This document shows positions 1 to 9,366 of a stretch of DNA of 64,000 bases, one piece after another; the stretch's first letter is position 1, and every line of letters begins with the position of its first letter. This DNA comes from Leptonemataceae bacterium (GTDB taxonomy: Bacteria; Spirochaetota; Leptospiria; Leptospirales; Leptonemataceae), in assembly GCA_965227295.1 (NCBI GenBank), contig OZ245742.1, positions 1,504,001-1,568,000 of the forward strand, given 5' to 3'. A program made the translations under genes and the position numbers. The notes beneath the pieces are model-generated. The model was not told where the DNA came from. It saw only the letters and a list, made by a program, of their open reading frames with translations, and did not search any database.

Positions 1-101
1 TTCATCAGGACGGCCTGTTCCGGGAGACCTACTGGTACGATGGAAAGTGGTGGGACTCGCGCATCATTTCGCTGCTCGCCTCCGAATTCAAAGACGTATG
101 A
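1..101 (+). CDS. 3' end of a GNAT (RimJ/RimL/PseH-like) N-acetyltransferase, partial
   Basis: Frame 3 reads HQDGLFRETYWYDGKWWDSRIISLLASEFKDV*, a typical RimJ-like C-terminus; its TGA overlaps the next ATG (ATGA). Confidence 0.6.
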   Translation, partial: HQDGLFRETYWYDGKWWDSRIISLLASEFKDV

Positions 102-1828
102 AACTAGAAATCATCGCCGAACTGGCGGCCGGGCACATGGGGCACGTGGATCGCTGCGTGCAACTGATCGAAGCGGCACATGGGGCCGGGGCGGGCGCCG
201 TCAAGTTCCAGTTCTACATCGCCGACGAACTCTGTCCGCCCGAACATCCGGACTACCGGATCTTCAAAGACCTGGAGTTCACAAATGCGCAATGGGATGA
301 AGTTACCGGAGTCGCCCGCAAGCTCGACCTGGGCGTTTACGGCGACGTCTTCGGTGACAGCTCATTCGCGGCGGCCGCCCGTCTGGCTCTGGACGGTTTT
401 AAGGTCCACGCGGCGGATACGGACAACCGGTTGTTGATCGAAAAGATCGCGCAGACCGGCAAAGCCGTGTTGATCAGCACCGGCGGCCGGCGACGCATCG
501 AGATCTACGAGGCGATTAAGTTAATTCGAACGTATTCTAAGCAAGCGCGCATTGTGATTATGCCCGGGCATCAGTTGTTTCCGACACCGATCGAGGAGCA
601 CAGCCTGGAGGAAATCAGCTGGTTTGCGGCGCAGTACGCGGACCTGGGCGTGGGCGTCGGCTGTTCCGATCACATCGACGGCGACCAGGAACTGGCGGTG
701 ATCTATCCCGCCGCCGCCGCCGGAGCGGGGGCCGCGGTTATCGAAAAACACCTGACCATGAACCGCGCCGACAAATGGGAGGACTACGAGGCCGCCCTGG
801 AGCCGGCCGCCTTCGAACGCATGGTGCAGTACCTGCGATCCCTCGAAAAAACACTGCCGTATCCGGTGTGGACCGAGGGGCGCGCTAACTATCGTAAAAA
901 GATGGTTAAGAGCTACGCCGCCGCGCGGGACATCGCCGCCGGTGAAAACGTCGCGTTCGACGATCTGAAGTACCTTCAGTTTCGGGACGGGGCCGAGCCG
1001 GTACCCTCGCGCTACGTGAAGGAGAGCAAGGCCGCGCAGAAGATCGCCCGGGAAGCAATCCTGACCGGCACCGATCTCAAACAAAACATCGGCGTGCTTG
1101 TTTACGCTCGATCGACATCGACACGCCTGCCCGCCAAGGCGCTGCACAAGATCCAGGGGCGCGAAACCGTGGCGTTGCTCATGGAACGCATGCGCGCGTG
1201 CTCCGTGCCCGATCAGGTCGTCCTCTGTACCACGGATGAAAGCGCCGACGACGTGCTCGAAGAACTCGGCCGTCGCGAAGGCGTGCCGGTGTTTCGGGGC
1301 TCGAACGAAAACGTGGCGTTGCGTTTGCTCGGCGCGGCTCGCGAGTTCGGTTTCGATCACATCGTCCGTGTCACCGGCGACGATCTTCTGCGTGACGTCG
1401 ATTCCGTGGATGCGGCGTTGACCTCGCATCTGCACAAGAATGCGGACTATACGTGCATGGAAAACCTGCCGTACGGTTGCGATTCCGAAATCATCAGCGT
1501 GCGTGCATTAGAAGCCATCGTCGAACGCTGCGTCGTTCCGGAGAACACCGAGTATCTCTCGTGGTACCTGGACGATCCGACCGCTTTTGTACAGAACGTA
1601 TACGATGCCGGTAAAGATATGCAGCGCGACTATCGCTTGAGCCTGGATACCGGGGAAGATCTCGCGGTCTTCGAAGCGATCTTTGCGGCGCTCTACAGAC
1701 CGCCGGAAGTCCCGGCGCTACGGGATATTCTGGCGTGGCTGGATCAACATCCGGAGACGGCGCGGCTGAATCAACACATCCGGCCGAAGCTGGATCGCAG
1801 CAGCCTCGATCTTACAATCAGGATATAA
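98..1828 (+). CDS. NeuB/SpsE-family nonulosonate synthase (with SAF domain) fused to an SpsF-like cytidylyltransferase
   Basis: IIAEL..GH.G, AVKFQ, SDH and IEKHLT motifs; C-terminal half has ARSTSTRLPAKAL, FRGSNENV and VRVTGDD. Confidence 0.85.
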   Translation: MKLEIIAELAAGHMGHVDRCVQLIEAAHGAGAGAVKFQFYIADELCPPEHPDYRIFKDLEFTNAQWDEVTGVARKLDLGVYGDVFGDSSFAAAARLALDGFKVHAADTDNRLLIEKIAQTGKAVLISTGGRRRIEIYEAIKLIRTYSKQARIVIMPGHQLFPTPIEEHSLEEISWFAAQYADLGVGVGCSDHIDGDQELAVIYPAAAAGAGAAVIEKHLTMNRADKWEDYEAALEPAAFERMVQYLRSLEKTLPYPVWTEGRANYRKKMVKSYAAARDIAAGENVAFDDLKYLQFRDGAEPVPSRYVKESKAAQKIAREAILTGTDLKQNIGVLVYARSTSTRLPAKALHKIQGRETVALLMERMRACSVPDQVVLCTTDESADDVLEELGRREGVPVFRGSNENVALRLLGAAREFGFDHIVRVTGDDLLRDVDSVDAALTSHLHKNADYTCMENLPYGCDSEIISVRALEAIVERCVVPENTEYLSWYLDDPTAFVQNVYDAGKDMQRDYRLSLDTGEDLAVFEAIFAALYRPPEVPALRDILAWLDQHPETARLNQHIRPKLDRSSLDLTIRI

Positions 1829-1830
1829 CA

Positions 1831-2559
1831 CTGGCTAAAACGCAGACAACAGCATCGGACAATCCGGATTATTTTCTGAGACAGTTCGATCAACCGTACC
1901 GAAGCACCATTCGTTTCGCCGATTTTTTGGAACGGCAGTCGGGCTGGGAACGTTGTCGACGTGTCGTCGATGTGGGCTGCGGCAGCGGTGCGGCGTTGTA
2001 TTATCTGGCCGGGCGTTTTCCCGAAAAGGAATTCATCGGCGCGGAGGTGGACGAGCACCTCGTCGCACAGGGCAATGATCTGCTGCAAGCCCGCGGGAGT
2101 TCGGCGCGCATCGTTCAAAGTGATCTGTTTGCGTTGCCGGACGATGCGCCGGAAGATTTGCGTGATTGCGACGCCGTCCTCAGTTTGCAAACACTCTCGT
2201 GGATGCCCGGATTGTACGAACCCCTGGAGCGCATGCTGTCGCTGCGGCCGAAGTTCAGCGCGCATTCGTCACTCTTCTACGAGGGCCCGGTTTCCTGTGA
2301 GATTCGCGTAACCGAGCACATCGTCGGAGAAACTTTTTTCTATAACGTCTACTCCCTCGACGAACTGCGCAAGTTCCTGGAACAACGCGACGGCAGGTTG
2401 ACGTTCGAAGCGTTCGAAATCGACCTCGACCTTCCGAAGCCGGACGATAAACGCATGCGTACTTACACCGTTCGCACGGAAGCAGGCAAACGCCTTCAGC
2501 TTTCCGGTCCGCTCCTGATGCCGTGGTACTTCACGGCGATGGAATTCATGATCTCATGA
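1831..2559 (+). CDS. Class I SAM-dependent methyltransferase (start uncertain, probably CTG 1831)
   Basis: VVDVGCGSG motif I; ORF 1735-2559 overlaps the upstream gene, so the true start is probably after 1828. Confidence 0.75.
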   Translation: MAKTQTTASDNPDYFLRQFDQPYRSTIRFADFLERQSGWERCRRVVDVGCGSGAALYYLAGRFPEKEFIGAEVDEHLVAQGNDLLQARGSSARIVQSDLFALPDDAPEDLRDCDAVLSLQTLSWMPGLYEPLERMLSLRPKFSAHSSLFYEGPVSCEIRVTEHIVGETFFYNVYSLDELRKFLEQRDGRLTFEAFEIDLDLPKPDDKRMRTYTVRTEAGKRLQLSGPLLMPWYFTAMEFMIS

Positions 2560-3596
2560 AAATCTATTTCGTGCAAAACTTTCAGATGATTCGGGCCCTG
2601 TTGTCCGTCGTGGATCTGGAGTCGCCGGGCGTATTCGTAACGAACGGCGAGGGCAGTCTCACGGATTTTCTGAAACGCCTGGCCCCGGACTTTGAACACA
2701 TCGTAACTCCGGAAATAGCCGGTATGCTCAGGGCGCCGGACCTCCGCGGCATTCTGCCGGCGATGCTTCGCATCTACGTGTGGCGCCGGCGCCATCTGCG
2801 CAAGTTCCGCGGGATTCGAGCCGGGGACGCATACTACTTCAATGATTACGGTACCGTACACATCTACGCGGTCCTTGGATATCTGAAGCGGCGCGGCGTC
2901 CGCGTGCAATTCGTGGAGCAGGACATCGGGCTGCGGAGTCAAGCCCGGGAGTGGTCCCGTCTGGGCCCAATGACGCGGCTGTGTCTGCGTCTGCTGAGCG
3001 CCGCCGTAGGCGACGGCATTACGATCTACGACAGCAGCATTCGCAGGGGCAATCCCGGCCGCCGCCATTCAGGCCCTGTCGTCCGCGAACTCGCCGATTG
3101 GCCGGAACTGCGTCGGCGTTTCGATCTGAGTCGTTTTATGGAGCCGCCACCGGACGGAGCCGTACTGTTCGTGGACGATCCGCTTCAGTACGCGTATAAA
3201 GGAATCGACCTGGAGCAGAGCCGCGAAAATCTGGTCCGGTACTTCGAAGCGGAGCTTCAAGGCGGACGGCGAGTCTATGTTAAGCCGCGACCCCGAGAAG
3301 ATTACGCGGCGGAGCACTCGTTGAGCGGCACGCGCATTGAAGATCGTCTGGAAGTAGTCGAAGCTAACTTCCCGGCGGAATTGGTTATGGATTTGTTTGA
3401 TCGGGTCGTACTGTTTTACTCGACGGCATTCCTGGCGCCGACGCGTGCGGCGAAGATTTCGGTGTTCGAGCTGATCGTATTTACCGACGAAAGGAATGCG
3501 CGGCGTTACCGCGAAGTAATGATGCAACAACTCGGTGACACGGCGAGAAACGTCGCGTTTGTGAAGCCCGAGACATTGGCAAGGCTGCCGCGATGA
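2556..3596 (+). CDS. Putative sialyl/nonulosonate transferase (GT-B)
   Basis: YVKPRPRE (KPHP-like), FPAEL and FYSTA motifs resemble bacterial sialyltransferases; lies next to a NeuB fusion; ATGA overlap. Confidence 0.5.
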   Translation: MKIYFVQNFQMIRALLSVVDLESPGVFVTNGEGSLTDFLKRLAPDFEHIVTPEIAGMLRAPDLRGILPAMLRIYVWRRRHLRKFRGIRAGDAYYFNDYGTVHIYAVLGYLKRRGVRVQFVEQDIGLRSQAREWSRLGPMTRLCLRLLSAAVGDGITIYDSSIRRGNPGRRHSGPVVRELADWPELRRRFDLSRFMEPPPDGAVLFVDDPLQYAYKGIDLEQSRENLVRYFEAELQGGRRVYVKPRPREDYAAEHSLSGTRIEDRLEVVEANFPAELVMDLFDRVVLFYSTAFLAPTRAAKISVFELIVFTDERNARRYREVMMQQLGDTARNVAFVKPETLARLPR

Positions 3597-3618
3597 GCCT
3601 GTGCCGGGAAAACAAGGT

Positions 3619-4563
3619 ATGGCAGACAAACTCAAAATCCTCGTAACCGGCGGCGCCGGATACTTAGGCTCCGTAATGGTGCCGCACTTCCTGTCCCTGG
3701 GGCACCGCGTGACCGTGCTCGACAACTTTCTGTTCGAACACAACTCGCTGGCCGCATGCTGTCACCTGGACGCCTTCGATGTTCGCCACGGCGACGCCCG
3801 GAACGAGGCATTGCTGCGCGAACTCTCGAAAGACGCGGACGTCGTCATCCCCCTGGCGGCTCTGGTCGGCGCGCCCATGTGTAAGATGGACCCCGTGGGC
3901 GCGGAGACCATCAACCGCGAGGCGGTGCGCTCGCTGACGAAAATCCTGTCGAAGGAGCAACGCATCGTCATTCCGATTACAAACAGTGGTTACGGTGTCG
4001 GAGAGCAGGGCAAGTTCTGCACCGAAGAGTCCCCGTTGAATCCGATCTCGCTCTACGGTACCACGAAGGTCGAGGCGGAGAAGATCGCCCTGGATCGCGG
4101 GAACGCCATCTCGTTGCGCCTGGCCACGGTCTTCGGCATGTCGCCGCGCATGCGCATCGATCTGCTCGTCAACGACTTCACCCATCGCGCGGTGAAGGAT
4201 CGCTTCATCGTCATTTTCGAAGGCCACTTTAAGCGAAACTACATCCACGTGCGCGACGTGGCCCGGGCCTTTACGCACGCCATCGACAACTTCGACGCCA
4301 TGAAAAACGAGCCCTACAACGTCGGTCTCTCCGACGCTAACCTCTCGAAACTTGAGCTTTGTGCAGAGATCAAGAAGCAGGTCCCCGAGTTCACCATCGT
4401 GGAGGCCGAGGTCGGAGAAGATCCGGACAAGCGCGACTACATTGTCTCCAACGAGAAGATCGAAAAGACCGGCTATAAACCGGCGCACTCGTTGCAAATG
4501 GGCATTGCGGAACTGATCAAGGGCTATCGCATGATCAAAAACAGTGTGTACTCGAATGTCTGA
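3619..4563 (+). CDS. NAD-dependent sugar epimerase/dehydratase
   Basis: TGGAGYLGS and YGTTK (YxxxK). Confidence 0.85.
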   Translation: MADKLKILVTGGAGYLGSVMVPHFLSLGHRVTVLDNFLFEHNSLAACCHLDAFDVRHGDARNEALLRELSKDADVVIPLAALVGAPMCKMDPVGAETINREAVRSLTKILSKEQRIVIPITNSGYGVGEQGKFCTEESPLNPISLYGTTKVEAEKIALDRGNAISLRLATVFGMSPRMRIDLLVNDFTHRAVKDRFIVIFEGHFKRNYIHVRDVARAFTHAIDNFDAMKNEPYNVGLSDANLSKLELCAEIKKQVPEFTIVEAEVGEDPDKRDYIVSNEKIEKTGYKPAHSLQMGIAELIKGYRMIKNSVYSNV

Positions 4564-5738
4564 TGCTTAGTCTCGTTTTTCCGACATACAATCGGCCGGA
4601 CTTCGCCCTGAGGCAGTTGGCTTACTACGACTCGCTACCTTTCGATCGTAACGTACTGAAGATTCTCATTGGAGATTCCAGTACCGGCCGCGACGAAGAG
4701 CTGATGCGGGAATTGGTGCGGGTCTATGGGGAGCGGGGTCTGCAAGTCAGCTACGTGCCGTGTCCGAAAAAAAACGTCGTTCAGGCGACGCAGGACCTCA
4801 TGGAGGCCGTGGATACGCCCTACGCCGCCTGGACCGGGGACGACGATTTCCTGGTGCCCGAGGCAATGTTCGAGGCGGTGGAGTATCTGGAGCAGCATCG
4901 GGACTACAGCTCCGCGTTGGGGCACTGCGTGAAGTTTTTTACGCAGGACAACGAAGCCTTTGCCCCGATTCACATGGTCAAGTATCGGCGCCAGCAACCG
5001 GAGATCGGTGAGGACGGAGCCGGAGACCGCATGCTGCACTTCTTCGAGCTCCATCCGAACTACGAGCCGCTGTTCTCCGTCCATCGAACCGACGTGCAGC
5101 GGGATTTGTACCGCTACGCCTACACTTCGAAGTACGTTAAGTTCGCTGCCACGTTCTTTCCGAACTTACTCTCCGTAGTTGCCGGTAAATCAAAGTTACT
5201 CGATGGCCTGGCCGTCATTCGCCAGAAGAACTATTCGAACATAATCTACGCGAGTAGTGCGGAGACCTGCGCCTGGATGCTGCGGGAAGACTGGAGCAGC
5301 GAAGCGGCCTTCTTCCGGGACGAGATCGTTCGGGCCGTTGCGGCCCGGGACGGCGACGAAGAAGCCGCGCGCGTAAAATTTCAACTGGGCTTCGCCAATC
5401 GTTTCTCCCGCATGCTCGCGAAAGAGTACACTGCGGCGAAACCGGACACACAGTTTCAGATGCATGCCCGCGGCGCCGCCGTGCCGGTCTTTGAAGAAGC
5501 GCCTCCGGCGAGAGCCGGTCTCCGGGAACGACTGGCACAGCGCTGGAGCTCCCTGCGCCGCCGACCCTCGTTGCAGTACCGCACGTTCGACTACCTCATG
5601 CAATCATCCGGAGCGGACCATCGCCGGTTCATGGAAGCGCACCGGATTGTCGGTAGCGATCTCAAATCGCTTCCGTTCGGTGAGGAAATTGCGAAGCGCG
5701 AGCGACGACCCATCGGCGGGCGTCGCATCGAAGAGTAG
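4563..5738 (+). CDS. GT2-type glycosyltransferase (TIGR00180-like)
   Basis: PTYNR, IGDSS and GDDDF motifs. Confidence 0.75.
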   Translation: MLSLVFPTYNRPDFALRQLAYYDSLPFDRNVLKILIGDSSTGRDEELMRELVRVYGERGLQVSYVPCPKKNVVQATQDLMEAVDTPYAAWTGDDDFLVPEAMFEAVEYLEQHRDYSSALGHCVKFFTQDNEAFAPIHMVKYRRQQPEIGEDGAGDRMLHFFELHPNYEPLFSVHRTDVQRDLYRYAYTSKYVKFAATFFPNLLSVVAGKSKLLDGLAVIRQKNYSNIIYASSAETCAWMLREDWSSEAAFFRDEIVRAVAARDGDEEAARVKFQLGFANRFSRMLAKEYTAAKPDTQFQMHARGAAVPVFEEAPPARAGLRERLAQRWSSLRRRPSLQYRTFDYLMQSSGADHRRFMEAHRIVGSDLKSLPFGEEIAKRERRPIGGRRIEE

Positions 5739-5763
5739 TCCGAACCTGTTTCTCAGTCTCTTA

Positions 5764-6219
5764 ATGCAACACGTTCAGCCGGAAAGTTACGAAGGTGCGT
5801 ATACGAAAGCCGGAGTGGGTTTGATCATCCACGACGACGCCGGGCGCATCGTACTGGAACTGCGCAAGGACTGCGGCGAATGGGGGCTGCCGGGCGGCAA
5901 GATCGATCCGGGCGAGTCCGCGAGTGCGGCGGCCTTGCGTGAAACCCTGGAAGAGACCGGTTTGCTCGTAGAGCTTGAGTACATTCTGGGCGTTTATTCG
6001 GACCCGGCGGAACGCACGGTTTTGTACGAGGGCCGGGACCTGGCCCATCTCATCGACGTCATCTTCGTTGCCCGGGTGACCGGCGGAGAATTGCGTGATA
6101 GTGAAGAAAGCCTGTCCGTGAAATTCTTTGAGCCGGACCATCTACCCGACAACCTGGTCGTTCCCGCTCTCGCGCCGCTCGCCGATTATCGCAGCGGCGG
6201 GCGGGCGCTCATTCGCTAA
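5764..6219 (+). CDS. NUDIX hydrolase
   Basis: Nudix box GGKIDPGESASAAALRETLEETG; ATG at 5764. Confidence 0.85.
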   Translation: MQHVQPESYEGAYTKAGVGLIIHDDAGRIVLELRKDCGEWGLPGGKIDPGESASAAALRETLEETGLLVELEYILGVYSDPAERTVLYEGRDLAHLIDVIFVARVTGGELRDSEESLSVKFFEPDHLPDNLVVPALAPLADYRSGGRALIR

Positions 6220-6225
6220 CAAGAT

Positions 6226-7368
6226 ATGATTACACTTATTATGCCGACATACAACCGGGCGAATTTCGTGCGCCGGCACCTGGCGTACCTGGACAGCGTG
6301 GAATTCGATCGGGATAAGATTACGATCATCGTTGGAGACTCCAGCGAGGGCGAAGAGGAGGCCGCCACACGCAAGGCGGTGGAGGACTTTGCCGGTTCCC
6401 TGAACATTGAGCACCAGTCGCACCCCAAACGCAACGTTGCTAAGGCCTCCCTGGAAATGGCCCGGACCGTACGGACGCCGTACGCGGCCTGGGTCGGCGA
6501 CGATGACTTTCAGATCCCCCGTGGGCTCATCGCTTCCGCGGAGTATCTTGAGAAGAACGCGGACTATTCTTCGGCCAGCGGGGTTTGTGTTTCGTTGATT
6601 ACCGAAAACAGTGATCCTTTCGGCCAGGTCGTTGCCTGCAAGTATCGCTACCAGCCGGTCCGCGAAGAAGAACGTTTCGCCGAGCGCTATCTTCGCTGCA
6701 TGCAGGAAGGCATCGACACCCTGTTCTATGTGCATCGCCGAGACGAGATGGAACGTCTCTTTCAGTGCGCGTACGAGATCGACGACATTCGCTTTGCCGG
6801 CCTCATATTTCCGAGGGTGTTTTCCGTGGCGACGGGCAAAAGCAAGGTCTTCCCTGACCTGAGGCTGGTGCGTCACAAGAACGAGAATCGATACGCCTAC
6901 AGTTACACGGACGAACTGGACTGGTTCTGTGATCCGGACTTCGCGAAGGACCTTCGTCTGCTGGAGGAACGCGTCGTGAATACGATCATGGAAGTGGACG
7001 GTCTGTCGCGCGAAGAGGCGACGCTCTACTTTAAGAAAGGCTTCTCATACGATTTAATTCGCGAACTTCATCTGGAGTATTTTGGAAAGTCCTTCAACTC
7101 CGGCCAGGACTTCTACATGGTCCCGAACCTGATGGCCACAGCGAGCCGGCAATGGATGGAGTCGGAGAGCTATATACACAGCTGGAATAAATCCCTGACC
7201 TCACTGCGCCGGGCCTGGAAGAAGTTGAGCGGCAAACAGGAGACAAGTCGCGTGGAATTGTTTCATGCCCTGCTGGAACCGGGCCATCCGTATCACGCGG
7301 ACTTCATGCCGATCTATAACTCGATTATGTCCGGCGCCCAAAAAATGGAAGTCGAGGCCCCCCGGTGA
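6226..7368 (+). CDS. GT2-type glycosyltransferase (TIGR00180-like), paralog of 4563-5738
   Basis: PTYNR, VGDSS and TPYAAWVGDDDF. Confidence 0.75.
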   Translation: MITLIMPTYNRANFVRRHLAYLDSVEFDRDKITIIVGDSSEGEEEAATRKAVEDFAGSLNIEHQSHPKRNVAKASLEMARTVRTPYAAWVGDDDFQIPRGLIASAEYLEKNADYSSASGVCVSLITENSDPFGQVVACKYRYQPVREEERFAERYLRCMQEGIDTLFYVHRRDEMERLFQCAYEIDDIRFAGLIFPRVFSVATGKSKVFPDLRLVRHKNENRYAYSYTDELDWFCDPDFAKDLRLLEERVVNTIMEVDGLSREEATLYFKKGFSYDLIRELHLEYFGKSFNSGQDFYMVPNLMATASRQWMESESYIHSWNKSLTSLRRAWKKLSGKQETSRVELFHALLEPGHPYHADFMPIYNSIMSGAQKMEVEAPR

Positions 7369-8363
7369 TCATCTCACGAACTCCGCATCGAATCTCTTTT
7401 TTCGGCGGCGGCACTGATTACCCGGCCTACTATCGCGAACACGGCGGCCGTGTGCTCGGAACGACCATCGACAAGTACTCGTACATCAGCGTGCGCCGGC
7501 TGCCGCCTTTCTTCGATCACAAACATCGCATTGTATACTCGCGCCAGGAGAACGTTTCCGAACTCCATGAGATCCAACATCCCTCGGTGCGGGAGACCAT
7601 GCGTTACCTGGGCATCGACTACGGTCTGTCGATTCATCACGACGGGGACATTCCCGCGCGCAGCGGCATGGGATCCAGTTCCGCGTTTACCGTGGGATTG
7701 TTGAACGCCGTCTACGCTCTCGAAGGCAAGCGCGTGTCCCGGGAAAAGTTAAGCATGCAGGCCATTGAAATCGAGCAGGAGTGGATCAAGGAGAACGTGG
7801 GCTCGCAGGATCAAACCTTCGCGGCCCACGGCGGGCTCAACCGCATTGAATTTCTCCAGTCCGGAAAGATCATCGTATCGCCGATCATCATGCAGCAGGC
7901 GCGGGTGGATCGTTTCAGTGAGTGCTTTTTATTGTACTTCACCGGACTTTCGCGGACCGCTTCGGACATCGCCGCCGAACAAATTCAAAAAACTAAGTCC
8001 AATCGCAGCGACCTGGATACCATGAAAGGACTCGTGGACGAGGCCTGTGAAATTCTAACGTCGAACTCGCCGCTGAGTGACTTCGGCAAGCTCCTTCACG
8101 AAACCTGGCAGATCAAGCGGCGTCTGTCGTCGCGCATCTCCGACGAACAGATCGACGGCATGTACGAACAGGCGCGGAAGGCCGGTGCCCTGGGCGGAAA
8201 ATTGCTCGGTGCCGGCGGCGGCGGTTTTATGGTATTCTACGTCGAAGAAGAGTACCGGGCATCCGTGCGCCGTGCGCTTCAGGACTACCTGGAAGTGCCG
8301 TTCCGCTTCGACTGGGGCGGATCCAACATCGTCGTCTACGAGCCGAACTACGAAGCAAAGTAA
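7365..8363 (+). CDS. hddA: GHMP sugar kinase, D-glycero-D-manno-heptose-7-phosphate kinase-like
   Basis: RISFFGGGTD, PARSGMGSSS, GSQDQ and KLLGAGGGGF. Confidence 0.75.
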   Translation: MIISRTPHRISFFGGGTDYPAYYREHGGRVLGTTIDKYSYISVRRLPPFFDHKHRIVYSRQENVSELHEIQHPSVRETMRYLGIDYGLSIHHDGDIPARSGMGSSSAFTVGLLNAVYALEGKRVSREKLSMQAIEIEQEWIKENVGSQDQTFAAHGGLNRIEFLQSGKIIVSPIIMQQARVDRFSECFLLYFTGLSRTASDIAAEQIQKTKSNRSDLDTMKGLVDEACEILTSNSPLSDFGKLLHETWQIKRRLSSRISDEQIDGMYEQARKAGALGGKLLGAGGGGFMVFYVEEEYRASVRRALQDYLEVPFRFDWGGSNIVVYEPNYEAK

Positions 8364-8369
8364 TTGCAT

Positions 8370-9332
8370 ATGAACACACAAGCCACCACCAACGAATTCC
8401 GGCCCGAGCTCGCCGACGAGTACGAGCGCATGTTCTATGAAACGTTGCGCATTCGGATCGTGGAAGAGAAGATCGCCGACATCTACAGCAGCGATAAGAT
8501 CCAGAGCCCGGTGCATTTGAGCATCGGCCAGGAGCACATCTCCGTCGGCGTCTCAGCCGCCCTGCGACCGCACGACATGACCTTCGGAACGTATCGATCC
8601 CACGCTTTGTATCTTTCGCGCGGCGGGAGCATGAACGCGTTTATGGCCGAACTCTACGGCAAGCGCACCGGTTGCGGCGGCGGCAAGGCCGGCTCCATGC
8701 ACCTGAGCGCGCCCGAGGTCGGCTTCATGGGATCCTCGGCGGTCGTGGCGAGCACCATTCCCCACGGCGTCGGCGCGGCCCTCGCGGCGAAACTGCAGAA
8801 GAAGGATCAGGTGATTGTCGTGTTCTTCGGTGAAGGCGCGGCCGGCGAGGGCGTGTACCACGAGTCGCTGAACTTTGCGGCGTCGCACAAACTACCGGTG
8901 CTGTTCGTCTGCGAAAACAACGACATGTCCATCTTCACGATCTCCAGCGACATGCACAACTTCGAGATCGTCCCCCACGCGCAGTCCTACGGCATCGACG
9001 CCGCCCACGAGCCCGAGGGCATGGACCTGAACGTCATCCGTAAAACCGCGGGAGATCGCATCGACGCGATTCGCCGCGGCGAAGGGCCGAAGCTCATCGA
9101 GTATCGTACGTATCGTTATCGGCAGCACGTCGGCCCCGGCGACGATCACAAGGACGGCCACCGGCCCATGGCGGACCTGGAAGCCTGGATGGCGAAGGAC
9201 CCCGTCGTCCAGGATCGCGAACGCATTGAAAAGTATCGCCCGTTCATCGAACGCGAAATCGAAGCAGCCATGCAATACGCCGAAGAGAGTGCCTTCCCGG
9301 ACGCCGGGGACTTGCTGAAAGACGTCTATTGA
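8370..9332 (+). CDS. TPP-dependent dehydrogenase E1 alpha-like subunit
   Basis: HLSIGQE, YRSH, GSMH, GEGAAGEG...CENN (ThDP motif) and YRYRQH. Confidence 0.85.
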   Translation: MNTQATTNEFRPELADEYERMFYETLRIRIVEEKIADIYSSDKIQSPVHLSIGQEHISVGVSAALRPHDMTFGTYRSHALYLSRGGSMNAFMAELYGKRTGCGGGKAGSMHLSAPEVGFMGSSAVVASTIPHGVGAALAAKLQKKDQVIVVFFGEGAAGEGVYHESLNFAASHKLPVLFVCENNDMSIFTISSDMHNFEIVPHAQSYGIDAAHEPEGMDLNVIRKTAGDRIDAIRRGEGPKLIEYRTYRYRQHVGPGDDHKDGHRPMADLEAWMAKDPVVQDRERIEKYRPFIEREIEAAMQYAEESAFPDAGDLLKDVY

Positions 9333-9366
9333 AACACGGAATACTAACATCACACGAGTAATACTT

